A stretch of DNA of 64,000 nt from Phoronis australis (taxonomy: Eukaryota; Animalia; Phoronida), in the NCBI GenBank assembly GCA_002633005.1, contig NMRA01000019.1, positions 338,057 to 402,056 of the forward strand, given 5' to 3'. The stretch's first letter is position 1; the number at the start of each line of letters is the position of its first letter. Position numbers and translations under genes: made by a program. The notes below the pieces were generated by a model. It was not told the origin of the DNA, searched no databases, and saw only the letters and a program-made list of their open reading frames with translations. Of this stretch, positions 52,001 through 64,000 are shown in pieces.

Positions 52001-53762
52001 TGCCGGGAACCAGCCGTGCATTTGCCATGTTGTTAAACATTAAAATGTCAAATATGTTCACAAAGACTATTAAATGTCATATCAACAGCATTTATTTTTA
52101 TCAAATACAAACAATAATTTATTGAAATACAATCAGTTTCAAGTAACGCCAATTAAAGACAAGTATAAGTGGTGGCACTTTGGAAACGAACATTTGACTG
52201 ACAAGACCGCAATGGCTCACCTTTGGCCTATTTCAAGATTGAGGTCATGAAGTCACATCACCTAGCGAGTGCGGTAAAAATTGGAGCGTGCGCAGTATAA
52301 AAATGGTGAGTTCATGATTTTGGGAACTGAACGAGTGACTGCTCGAACAAAAAATTCTATAACGGAAGTATTTGTTCGAGTTGGAAGGAATAGCGAATGT
52401 GCAAATCTCAATGCGCATGCCCCACACCAGTTCCTCTCTATTGCATTCTGGGATAGTATGTATGCCCAGAGACCGTAGAGTTTTGCCTAGCAGCAGCGTG
52501 AGAGTTTCTACATCCAAAAGAGATTCTTATATTTAGCTGCCGTTTTCAATTATTAAGACTTGAAATATATGTTACAAATTATCAGTATCTTATAAAAAAT
52601 TATAATTATAAAAATTTGTACAATCCAAGACATATGCTTATACTAGTTTACCTGGCCCTGATATCCAATCTCCGTGATAAGAGTCGAATCATACTCAAAC
52701 TCACCGCACTTCATTGCTGGGGAAGAAATTTCACGCGACACCGCCAATTTTTAAAGTCCTTCTTACTTGCGAATGCTATTCCCATGTTGACGAGTCACTA
52801 CAAGGGTCAAAAGCAGCTGTGGGGTGGGGATTGCCGTGATTGAAGTGCGTGTGCAACGGTTTATTCGACATTAACGGTAGTCCGACTGCCCGGGACCGCA
52901 ATTTGTTGGTCCGGACAAGCTCACGTCCGAGCTGCTTGTCCGGCAGGACAAGTTAAATTTTTGGAAACTATAGTAAATTTGGACGATCAGAACGTCTTCG
53001 AAGCGGCAGGGATAACTCACTTGTTTAGTCATCAGTGTCGGTAATATGCGGTGCATGGCAAATCGGCAAAGTGTTGTTTAGATAATGCAGGAGCTCATGA
53101 CTGGACGCGATCCCAGGCACTTGTATTCGAATAGTTCTAGCCAAATACACGGCAGTATCTCACGTAATCTGGCAAAGTTTTGATTTTAGCTTGGTCCTAG
53201 CGTAGTTCCAACCTTTTTTAACTCACGACAGTTTTAGTGAAACCGGGACATTGCCTTACTATAGCGGTAAAATACGTATTCTCATGCCCTTTATTAAAGG
53301 AAACACTGGCTTGACAAGGATATCACGTCCGTGGCCAACCTTACTGTGATTTCCCGTGACAGTACACGAAACATAACCACCATGTGCATTGAAATAAAAA
53401 AGACGTGGTCCACTGTGACTCCAAGCCAACTTGCGTCGCAGTACCCGTCTTGCAGTGGTAAACGCGTGTTTTTAATAACTTCACTCCTGACACCAAAATG
53501 GAAGCGCCCAACCAAAGTCAAGAGCGCAAAAAATCAACTTGTCTTTAGCGCAAGTCAAACATTCTGTCCACGCTCCACGTGGATAAAAACTTTTTTTTTG
53601 AATTTTTGATTTGCCTGATGTCTTTTTACAAGATGTATTTTTGCTTCATTATTTTGGCACCTGACTGAGCACCCCTATTGCCTAAAAGTGGTATCGTCCG
53701 ATTGCTGGGCACGTGCGGTGTCGGCTTTGAATTCAAAAAGAAATACTGTATACAATGTATAT

Positions 53763-54620
53763 ATATAGATTATTACATGGCGAAGTCGTTATCCCCCGTT
53801 ATCTAGAGCCCGAGTGGATTTTGGTGAATTATCGCCCGAGGGTGATAATTCTCCAAAATCCACGAGGGCTCTAGATAAGGGGCATAACGGCTGAGAACAT
53901 GTAATAATCTATTTATACCACATACTAAACGAGAAACATTGCAATGAATCGATTTACCTTTTCTGACTCTCCACGGCTTTGTAACTACTTTCTATGTCAG
54001 AGGCCTGGGGTCGGAGGTCGTGACCTTTTAAGAAAAGTCCGGCTATTTTTGTCAAATAATGCTTTTACACAACACCAATTGAAAACTTAAATATTATAGA
54101 AATAAATTGAATTTATCAATTAAGGTTTACCAACTATTATAGCTTAAAACACGTTTTTTTCACGCTAAGCTTCGACCGGAAAATTATCGTCTGCCAAAGT
54201 AGGTTACCACTGGTAACTGAATATAATTCTCAAGTCAAAGATCCTGACGACACGATACCCGCATTCAAAGTAGAGGTCGGTGATTTACAAGTAAGAGGAC
54301 ATGAGAGAAAAATTTCACCGAATTAAGATATCATTTTTATGGAAATTATGTGTCTTATTTTTCGTAGCGTATAAGTGCAGTACAATGCGGTTTGTTGAAC
54401 GTGCGATTATTGCGCGTGCTAATTTAAGTATTCTATTTTCACTCTTAATGACGTCAGTCGCTGCGTGGTGTAGTGGTAAAGTCGGCGACCAGCAATATTA
54501 GGGGCCCGGGTTCGACCCCGTCCTCGGTTTCCCGCCAAATCGTTATCTCACTAGTGAGATAACTTTATGGGTTATTACACGGTTGTATCTGCCATTTGAC
54601 GCTAATATTGTGGTATAAAT
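53763..54620 (+). mobile_element. Hairpin-headed element family B, copy 3 (most complete)
   Basis: ~150-bp palindrome 53765-53912, then ttataccaca ... tgtggtataa inverted repeat; internal tRNA-like A/B boxes at about 54465-54520. Confidence 0.85.
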
Positions 54621-54630
54621 AATGTTACAC

Positions 54631-54745
54631 AGTTCAAAGTATTGAATAAGAAGACACGTCAATGTTAGCATGTGTTTGGTTGTCCAAGTTCAAAGTATTC
54701 AGTAAGAAGACCTGTCAATCATTAGCACGTGCATGGTTGTCTAAG
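54631..54745 (+). repeat. Tandem duplication of a ~56-bp unit
   Basis: agttcaaagtatt..taagaagac..gtcaat..ttagca.gtg..tggttgtc occurs twice. Confidence 0.8.
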
Positions 54746-55419
54746 TGTCCATTGGGAAAAGTCAACGGCTCACTGGGTAGCTTGTAAAAAACATGTAAAC
54801 TTGGGGCGTGTTCACTGGTGAAATCCTAATCCAAATACCCACTTCAATTATTAAACTTGTGCGAAATTTGAAAGTTGTGTAATGTATGCTCTTACATACA
54901 CATGTATGTTTATTGAGCTTGTGGTAACAGGTATAATGTGCGACATTCATATATGTTTGAAAAGTATAATTTGAGTGTAATTACCAGCGGACAAGTGTCG
55001 TATAGTTCAGGACAAGTACATTTCATTTCTACTTGTCCGACTAGGCAAAAATAAAACATAAGTTAGTCCTAAAGACGAGGAAAGTTAAAAAAACAATTTG
55101 CTGCTCTTTCAGATCTCACATAACAGTTTAGTCATCGATAATTCTTCAATCCCTAATGATATTCCAGATTTTGTTTGTCGTCCCGTTCACTGATGAACTC
55201 TGAATTCCTGCCTATAGTGTACTACGTGTAGTGTTTTTAACTCACGCGCCAAACGTCAACAAACCTGATACATCCCAATAAAACGCAAAGATACAGTATC
55301 AACGTTTTGACGTAAGTCCGAGATGTGATCTGCGGCGTGCGCGTATGTGTACAAAACACGTGATTGTTATGTTCCTGAAGTACGAAAATTAAGAAGGCTT
55401 TAGCATGCCGTTATTATTG

Positions 55420-55620
55420 ACAGGGACACGATAAAACGAATTTGGATTTTTGACTATAGTCTTGATACAGCGAACTGGCTGACCACTGCGTCAGTGTCTC
55501 CGTTAGACCCAGAAATTTCACACAGCCCGGGTAGTTCACCTCGTCCCCAACATGTAGATCGAGCCTTGGACTATTAATACTCCAAGGCAGAGCTAACGAC
55601 AGTCGGCCTGTGCACACAAA
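55420..55620 (-). mobile_element. Decayed LINE RT C-terminal fragment
   Basis: Translation VKFLGLTETLTQW resembles the KFLG..ID..L.W motif. Confidence 0.35.
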
Positions 55621-58251
55621 ATCTGTGAGCTAACCAGCACTCACCTTGCATGTTGCAGCCGTTTAAGTGAAAAACAATCTAGTAAACGCTATTTTCTTGC
55701 ATAATCGTCCGCCTTTTGTAACAAAGGTCTGTCGTCGATGACCCGCACACGCACGCTCTCTCACTCTCATACGCAGACGAACTTCAAAACAAACGTCACG
55801 TGACAACAACATGTGTGTTCATCCAGAGATTTTTCTCGTGTTGTGGGGTACGATATAGCGCAGATTTGGACTTAATCGCAATTAATCTGGACTCCACATG
55901 AACTTTACAAATTGTAAAACATAAGGAAGATTTCAGGTAATTTGTTGAGTCGAAACTATATTTTTATTCAAGAGTTCAAGTTTTCCTATTGACGATCGCG
56001 ATTCAGCGACGCATCAGTCGGCAAGTTTTCGCCCTGTGCACAATTTTTTGAAAAATTATTGTAATTTAACAACGGAAGTTGATAGCAATGCACCACAATT
56101 TTGTAGAAAGGCTGTCATAGGCTACAACTACGTCACAGAGCGTAAATTTGATGAATCCTAGCTTCCGATTTTACCCGTTTGGGAAACCGGGTTTCAACTG
56201 CCGTAGGCTCACTACTTTAGCGTCCCCTCCCCGTGAAATTAATTTTTCTAAGCGTTTGTTTGAGCCAATACAGTATACAGCTTTCCACCAAGGCTAGGTG
56301 ATGCAAGACATTATTCTTTGTGGCATTATAGTAACTGGTCTTCGCTAATTATCATTTTATGGCCTGGTCATCCATTCAGACAAAAGTAGTTCCAGAGGTG
56401 GCTTATCAGCCAATTATTCACGCATGCTGACTCACAATAGAAGCATGATAAGAGTGAAGGTGGATAAATGCGGTGTTCCTACAGTTTCTTGTTTTAGTGG
56501 ATGTGTTCACGACATGTCAACGTATAGTAGGCCTACAAGGCAATGGGTTCTACGCAACACTGGGAACAGGGGTTGACCAGTAACCACTGAAACAACTGCT
56601 GCCAAAAAAACATCGTCTACTGAAGTTTCGGGCTCTTAACACCGACCACCGCTGGCAATTAAGGTAAAAACTTTTGAAATTCGACCTCCCGCCGTCAAAG
56701 AAAATGTTCAATTCGAACTCTCTCTCAAAAATGTTGGTTGCAGACCTGTGATATGGTAACCGGCCGACTCCCGTACCGGGGCCACCGGCCCATCACTGTA
56801 TTAATGAAAAAGAAAATTTCAATATGATGCCGTCAATCGTTGTTGTGACAATGCTATTTTTAGGAGTAAATGGGGTTTAATGAATAACAGTTACAGAACA
56901 CTCAGCATTCTACGTTACTCCTGTCATTGTAGCGAGAGCTGACGATAATATAGTTGCTAGTCTCGATGCGAATAGAGGGAGCGCTGAATCAGCGCGACTT
57001 TTCGTGATTTTGCATCTCACATCATAACTGAAGTCGAGTACGATTCTCAGATTTGGTTACGTTTGGAGTCTACTCGAAATGTGACATTAAACACGATTTT
57101 TGAGTATGACTCCAGTGAGCACCAGCGATTTTGAGTATGAAATCTCGAGTATGAGTATGAACCTGACGGAGGTTGCAGACTGGGCCTCGGAGGCTCGGAG
57201 TCACAGTCGACGGAGGTGGGGTGCGGCAACTTTGACTTAATTCATTTCCAAAACATTTCTATAATAAAATACAGTTGCATGTTTCCTGCACTAGTTATTC
57301 GTTTAAAATTATTTTTGATAAGAATTCAAATAAAATAACTTTATCAACCGCTTCTGGGCTAAACATTCGTTGCAACAACACCCGGCAACACTGTACACAA
57401 TCGCTTGTCTTCTAGTGATAGAAGCATACATTTCCCACAATGCAACTGCGGCGGCAAAATCAAATATGGCGGATTTGCACATTCGCTATTAAACACATTG
57501 CCAACCTCCTAAGGTGTCCCTCTATACGCAAAAGGTATTTATAACAACGTGATTTTCATGCTTTAGTCAGTGCGAGGCATAATTCGCCGAAAAGCTTCCG
57601 ACGTATGGAACGTCTATAGGAGCTGCATCGCCTCTGGTCAGGCCAACAGAGGCGATGGTCATTGCCTAGCGTACAATGTATACTAAGCCAGCTTCCTGTT
57701 CAGTAATGCTAGGACCTAGCTTAAAAGCAAAACTTTGCGAGATTACGCGAGATATTGCCGTGTATTTTAAATAAGAGCACGTGACCTTGACTAGCTTTTG
57801 GCGAGGTCCTAGCGTAGGTCCTAGCGTCTACTGAACGCACGCGTGGGATCCTGAATGAATTGTACTTCCGGGTTCGCGGTAAGTTGAAAATGGCGGTGGT
57901 TCTTTGGGTCCGAATCGTGAGTGGACGTTTATTTAAACTTTATTCGATTACGGATTGTGTATTAGTTATGGGGTAGGTACTTCTTGGTTCCTTATAACAT
58001 CCTCTAACCATGGGTTAACAAAGTGTGCTTCTTGGACTTTAAATACGCATAGAATACTAGGCCTTTGTTTGAGTGACATTTGGTTTAGCGGAAGAGCGTT
58101 TTGTACGGTGGCCCAAAAATAACATCGCGTGTTTCTTTTTCAATTATCTCAAGATCTCGAGATCCCGAGATAATTATTAAGCAAACGCGCAATGTCATCT
58201 TTGGGCCACCCTAGTTTTGTCTGCGACCGCAAAACGAATCCGCGTTAAGTT

Positions 58252-59844
58252 TAGACCGGGATCAGATCCTAGTGGGATTTTAGGCAAGAAGAAGTACCCA
58301 ATTTTCTTTGATACCACAGTGATCTGTGGGTATCCCAATGCTAGGAAATGGCCATCTGGCAGGTTTGCTTTGATGGGTGTGGTCAAGGAAGCCATGAGAA
58401 TGTCCCTCAAAAATTGAGCTAGATCACCTTTTTTGGTAACCACTTAAAAATACCTGCTACCAATACTACTCAATTCACTGTATCAAATTTATCCACTGCC
58501 AGACAATTTCAGTGGTATGGAACATTAGCCAGACGGTTTTAACTGAGCCAAAAGTTGAGCTAGATGAATCCAAGAGGTAACCACCTGAAAATGGTTACAA
58601 ATTATTCAGCTTGAACCAATGTATCATGAATGAACACAATCCTGAGGTTGGCACGTTCTCCCGTGCAACATTAGGCTCTGCTTAAAGGGACTACGACAGA
58701 AAAACACATTTCGGGATTATTTTTGGATGGCTTAGACTTCATGAAGTTATTAGGCTGAACCAAACCTATAAAACACCAAAATCCGTTTTTGTGATTAAAT
58801 ACGCTTAAAATACTATGTCGATCAAGTGCCGGGTATTTAGCTCTACCAGCAGAGCGTTAATAGGTTGCAACTGCTAGGATTGCAGGTTCAATTCCACGCT
58901 GGGGCTGATCTCCACCAGAAAACTACTTTCTCGACGATAATGTCCTTTTAAATACAGCGTAAAATTGCCTCAAGTGAGCTCTATCCATTTTACTGACTAA
59001 CTTTACGCCCAGCTTCAGTTAATTGTCGCACATGACACGTTTACGAATTTATTACTTGCTACAACAATTAACCACAACAACAATATACATAATATTGAAA
59101 AGAAAGTTCCGTCAACACCCGTCCATGACATATGCGCACTAGATTTGGGCAAAATTGGGCTTGTCATAGGCATATTTCACCAATTTCATCTGTGCACGCA
59201 CCAAGGGGGGGGGGGCTCGAAAAACCCCCTCCCAATTAGCGAAGTAGGCAAAAAGGTCTACCTCAGAGAAACAAAAAGTGCGAGAAAACGACACAAAAGT
59301 CCACCACTGAAATTTTCTGGCATATAACAGCTGTTGCGCCACGTGGAGTGATGCTGGATGTTACGCAGTTGGTTTCAATCGGTTACCAGGTGGGTTAGGT
59401 TAGCTCAACTCGGCGATTTGGTCGTGTATGGCGAGAGTAGTCCACCACTGACTTTGTTTGGCAGTGTTCATTCATGATACATAGATTCATGTTGAATAAT
59501 TTGTAACCAGTTTCAGGTGGTTACCTCTTGGATTCATCTAGTTCAACTTTTGGCCTCAGTTAAAACCGCCTGGCTGATGTTCTCTACCACTGAAATTGTC
59601 AGTCAGTGGATAAATTTGATACAGTGAATTAAATAGTAGGTGTGGCAGGTATTTCTTTGTGGTTACCAAAAAGGTTAATCTAGCTCAATTTTTAGCGCTC
59701 TTCTCATGGTTCCCTTGATCATATCCACCAGAGCGAACCTGTCAGATGACTATTTCCTAGCAATGGGATACCATTAGATCATTGTGGTACGAAAGAAAAT
59801 TATTCATTGTTTCATGTCCAAAAAAGCTCTAGGTTTCCGGTCTA
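58252..59844. mobile_element. Academ-like foldback MITE with ~380-bp TIRs
   Basis: Ends TAGACCGG / CCGGTCTA; 58252-58637 is the reverse complement of 59463-59844. Confidence 0.75.
58686..58947. mobile_element. Kolobok-like MITE (TTAA TSD) containing a tRNA-like segment
   Basis: TTAA|agggac ... gtcctt|TTAA; internal tagctctaccagcagagcg ... ggttcaattcc at about 58838-58895. Confidence 0.55.
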
Positions 59845-61335
59845 GGTTGTTTTCACTTTTCTCGACAATGTCACTTTAAAACAGTGCGAGCTCAATCCAG
59901 TACCGACAATGATTTTGTTTTAAAAATATGGTGCAGTAAGCCATAAATGGCCTATTCAAATTTACTGTCTCGATTCCGAACTCTACTAGCTTTGGAGTCT
60001 CCATATAAAGTTACATCGCCGATGAGAAAAACGACGTTTTGAGAGCTCACCGCCAAGCACGGAAATGAACTTTTACCTAACACATGTACCTCACAGCTAA
60101 ACGAACTTCCGGCTGATCTTATCCGTCCTTACATTTTGGCAAGGACACTGGCCTTGACTTCAGCCAGTATTTGTCACACAGTGGCGAAGATTATCAATTT
60201 CGTTGTAATAAAATCACGAAAAACCCTACGAACTTTATTGCTAGTCAAAGCAAATGACTTCAATTGAAACCAAGGTCAGTGACGTTATCGGTTGTGGAAT
60301 ACATATACGGCTGCCATGTATAGAGTGGGGTTTACCACAACCAGCAAAGCGCTCTAATTTGGTGCGAACTCAAGATAAGTGCTCATTATTCTGTGCTGAG
60401 GTATATTATTTACGTCAATGACTGTCTGATCCTGGAGTTAATGACCCTAGCATTAACGCTATGCGTTTGAGACTGGACTCGAAATTTTGTGTTTTACTCG
60501 AAATCTCGAGTTTTTACTTGAGGATGTAGTTTCAATCTAGGGACCATCAACTGCGATGTTGCACTAGACACTTATTAGCACAAATCATGGCATATTACAG
60601 CGGAGAAAAATAGACACGTATCTTGATTTTGTACAAAACGGAAAATGTCAACAATAATTTCAAGTTCATTTTCGAGTAAAATGATTAGACACAGGGCCCT
60701 GATGACGGTTCCTTTACTGACTGATTCCTCGCTGCTCTTTTTTCGGTCCTTCATACGCCCGCTACAGGTAACATTTTTTGTCCGATTGACATGCAATTTA
60801 CGCATACCGTGAATCTCGTAAAAAGCTCGAGTCGAATTGTTTTGGGCCAGAACAGACGCAAGGTGGCACTGTAACCGTCATTTTTCAATTAATCGCTTGC
60901 AGAGCGAGAGCTCCGCGGGCCTTTGAGGGAATCTCTTGGAATTTATTATGTGAAAATATCTCGTCAAGGTCTTGCGAAGTTGTATCATCTGTTTTATTCG
61001 AGATTTTGCGAGGACTGCTTGTGACCTATCTCTGACATCCCTTGACAGATTTTTCTGAAATAATTTGTTTTGGTGATGGTTTCATACCAGCAACGTCGTT
61101 AGCGTTTGCGTCTTCGGGATTGTTGTAGATCCATCAGTGTTATCGTCAGTGTTGGAGACGGCGTCGTCTTCGTTGACGCTGTAAGTGTTGCTGGCAGGAC
61201 TGTAATTTCGGTGTTATTCATAGTTTCTGGGGGGAATGTTACAGTCTCCGAGTTTGTCCCTCTGTATCGAAAACGATGACTTTAGTTTTGGCGTCTGAAG
61301 AGTCGCTGATATAGTCGTCATATATTCCCGGGCAA

Positions 61336-61600
61336 TGGGTCTATTCTGAAAATTTACATTAACTAGAGGGCGCGCGTGTACTAGTGGTGATAAATTAACA
61401 GCCTCGATTTCGCGGGCCCTTTAAATACATGGTGAAATGGCTTGTAGCCGTGCCACCTGAATCAGAGATTGTGTGAAAAGGGTGCTTTTATGAGAGAAAG
61501 TAAGCACGACCTTATACAAAGGTAAGGTTTGTGATTATTGTAATGATTATTCCATGTTTATTCTACTGATGCCTGTTAACTGAGGTACTCGCCGATGTCG
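61336..61600 (+). repeat. Left-end fragment of the ISL2EU-like family at 47197
   Basis: Closely similar to 47197-47455. Confidence 0.8.
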
Positions 61601-62157
61601 ACTTCGCGGCAGTCGCTAGTCGGGTTAATCTTTGTTTGTTGTGATGTGTGTTACGAGACTTGACGTAGCACTCGGGATCTTTTAGTACATCAAATCAGTA
61701 TTATTGTTTGGAATGATTTCTAACAGGTTTATCAATGACAGTTACATCAATGAATGCTGAATGTTTATGCTGTTAACTCGATATTGGTGTCGCTCCATGA
61801 TAGCGCTTTCATTGATACAGTGTTCAGTTAGCTCACACGGTGACTTGTGTAAAGTTACGTGTATGTTTTCACACGTAAGTCCTACAGGCGACTATGTGAC
61901 TGGTCTTTGGGACCAAGTCAATGTAAACATCGTAATGGGCTTTGAAAAAGTGCGTATACTGCAAATTACTGTTTGCAAACAAAAAATGCTTTTTATTGCC
62001 ACGCGTTGTTTTGTATGTGTACTTAGATTCTTTTAACAGTATTAATATCAGAGATGCGTTGTTCGAACAAGACTTAGTTTTATTAATTCCCATCAATCAC
62101 ATTACATATCCTTAGATAAATTTGGATTGGTCACAATTACTCAGCCGTTCTCTTTAA

Positions 62158-62441
62158 TCAGATGATGACACACTTGCAAAGATCGGCGGGGCAGTTGCTT
62201 GGACAGTTGTTGGAGCACCAATTGTCCATGTTGCGGTCACCTGTCCACGCTCCTGCGCCCATGTATTTGGAACAACTCCCGCTGTTTGTAACCTGCGTTG
62301 GTGTAGTCGTGCTCGGAATAGACGGGGTTGGCACTGTGCCGCCATAATCACTAATCCTAACATCTGAGCATGCGTAAAACTCTTCCTGGTATCCTTTGCC
62401 GATGTCACACTTGCCGTCTGGATCGCATCCCCAGCTGTTTC
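62158..62441 (-). CDS. Last exon of an AA15-type LPMO (chitin-binding type-4 domain) with Thr/Pro linker and C-terminal Cys-rich module
   Basis: Acceptor tgtacag; GNSWG...G.G.QEEFYACSDVRI is the conserved AA15 C-terminus; then PTPSIPSTTTPT and GAW.GD.NMDNWC..NC...CP..LC.C; AATAAA on - near 62080 and 61995; upstream exons not identified. Confidence 0.88.
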
Positions 62442-62981
62442 CTGTACAGATAAATGTAAAGTACAGCACGTTATTCTAGAAATATGGTAACTGTCATCAG
62501 CTTACTCATTTTAAAGGCACATCCTGTACACGTTTGGCTAATTTCGTCTTCTTAGAAAGAGGAGCCGTGTAGGCCTAGTCCTCATTCTTTATGCACAGCG
62601 CCCGGGTAATTTTAGGAATAAACCCCGCATATACTTTTTAACTCGAGTCGACTGATACATCAAAACATGCGTATTTATTTCACCATTAGCATGGCAAGTA
62701 GCGCGGTTCGTTCCTTTCTACAACTTCCCGTGCATTTGCATCGGTGTGTTCGCCTGTCGATTCTGGTATTTTACAGATCTGTATGTGAATTGTATGTGTT
62801 TGATTAATAAACACTTTCTGAAGCTCTTTCTCGTATCTTATGCATAGATCATGTTTTCTTAAAGAATAATTTACACTTGAAACCATTGCCAACGGACTCC
62901 CATGAGAGGTTGACGTACTTATGTTGGTGCGTGACTTTCGAAAACAGTCCGGCTTGCAAACTACAACAGTGATCAGATCTG

Positions 62982-63382
62982 GGCCCGGTCTCCAATCTTT
63001 TTACTCGAAATGGAACTCGAAATTAGGTTTGGCATTTTCTACTCTACTTTTGGGCGAACTCAAGATAAGTGTCTATTATTCTATGCTCGAGTACACAATA
63101 ACTTACTTAGATAATTTATTGCCCTTAGTTCACAGTTTGTAAACCCAATATTAAAGCAATAAGTTCGAGTTTGAACTCGAAATTTCGAGTTTTTACTCGA
63201 GTTTGTAGCACAAATATAAGGGTTTTCAAGGGCAAACTTGAACTAGAAGCTCCTATGCATAAACTATAATGTATTCGAGCACAGTCTGATAACCAATTAT
63301 CTTAAGTTCGCACAAAAGGAGCAGAGAAATTGCCAAAAAGAGTTTCGAGTTCGTTTCGAGTACAAAGATTAGAGATCGGGCC
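62982..63382. mobile_element. PIF/Harbinger-like MITE
   Basis: TIRs ggcccggtctccaatctt / aagattagagatcgggcc; 3-bp TSD CTG; palindromic interior rich in actcga. Confidence 0.85.
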
Positions 63383-63606
63383 CTGGCCTGTGTGTTGTGG
63401 GGGAACTACATAATTAATAGCCACTTTGCGTTGGAAGACACTGTCAGTATAAAATAAGTTCATGAAACGAAGGAAACATACCCTTAATTAACATTTTTCT
63501 GATATTGATATTGATGTGATGAGTTTAGCGTAGCAATAGTCCTGCCAGTGCTTTGAAACCACAAGCCACGAAGTACATTGTACCTGGGGTGCATTGTCAG
63601 ACTTAT

Positions 63607-63883
63607 TAGTGGCGGATTTAGGGGGGNNNNNNNNNNNNNNNNNNNNNNNNNNNNNNNNGCACATGCGCACAACCAGGGGGGGGGGGCTTGGGGGGTGAAT
63701 TGACAACGCATAGGCCTTAAATAAACCCCGTTTACCTTTTTTTTCTTAGTCAACAGGTCCGCAAACCCAAGAATTCAAGACCCCTGCATCTCCAGATTTT
63801 AGGCTGGGCGCGCGCATCTGCCGAAATACTGCTTATTCCTGTGCCCTGCCCCCACCTAACTCAAAATCCTGGATCCGACCCTG
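63607..63883. mobile_element. hAT-like MITE with near 5-bp TSD
   Basis: tagtggcggatttagg / cctggatccgaccctg; flanks CTTAT/CTTAG; spans an N-gap and includes part of the 24340 family. Confidence 0.55.
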
Positions 63884-64000
63884 CTTAGTTCTTGAAGAAT
63901 GTAGTACGTTAAATCGTCAAAACTAGTGGTTTTCATTTAACGCCCCACGTTACAAAACCTTACCGTTTGGTTTCAATCCCAGTGCACAGCGTTTCGTAAA

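Larger units (their letters stand above)
52392..57487. mobile_element. ISL2EU-like element with AT TSD, carrying further nested repeats
   Basis: Perfect 16-bp TIR AGCGAATGTGCAAATC / GATTTGCACATTCGCT; AT duplication supported by the uninterrupted site in the opposite arm of the host MITE. Confidence 0.85.
51634..57659. mobile_element. Long-TIR (~270 bp) foldback MITE whose right arm is split by a 5-kb insertion
   Basis: 51634-51905 is the reverse complement of 52290-52391 plus 57488-57659. Confidence 0.85.
58104..60848 (+). repeat. Composite repeat D+C, copy 2
   Basis: Hairpin head 58104-58213; 58130-60352 matches 3146-3982 and 60353-60848 matches 7653-8190. Confidence 0.75.

Noticed and set aside
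51360-52043. 227-aa ORF
   Set aside because: Non-ATG start, runs through a MITE arm, no domain features
63964-64000. Minus-strand donor G|GTAAGG as the penultimate LPMO exon
   Set aside because: Phase fits, but the translation FTKRCALGLKPN lacks the expected C.LQW.Y motif

Overview
AT-rich, intron-containing animal genomic DNA, most likely a marine lophotrochozoan invertebrate (inferred from gene and repeat content), with four N-gaps (about 25617-26308, 45545-45624, 47456-48172, 63627-63658). I reconstructed three host genes by hand from splice sites. (1) A 3-exon TauE/SafE-like membrane protein (+, 5391-7247). (2) An 8-exon, about 450 aa Cys-less pentameric ligand-gated ion channel (+, 23529-43152). 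(3) The last exon of an AA15-type lytic polysaccharide monooxygenase (-, 62158-62441). The rest is mostly transposon-derived: degenerate L1/Tx1-like and RTEX-like LINEs, a decayed P2X7-ballast/KolX-like gene, a P-like element with nested inserts, ISL2EU-, hAT-, Harbinger-, Academ- and Kolobok-like MITEs, and three families of hairpin-headed elements. The most striking signal is a Helentron-type element in intron 6 of the channel gene whose tandem repeat carries about 11 same-orientation CTCF-consensus motifs spaced about 150 bp apart. Most short ORFs in the supplied track are spurious. All family calls come from motif recognition, not database searches.
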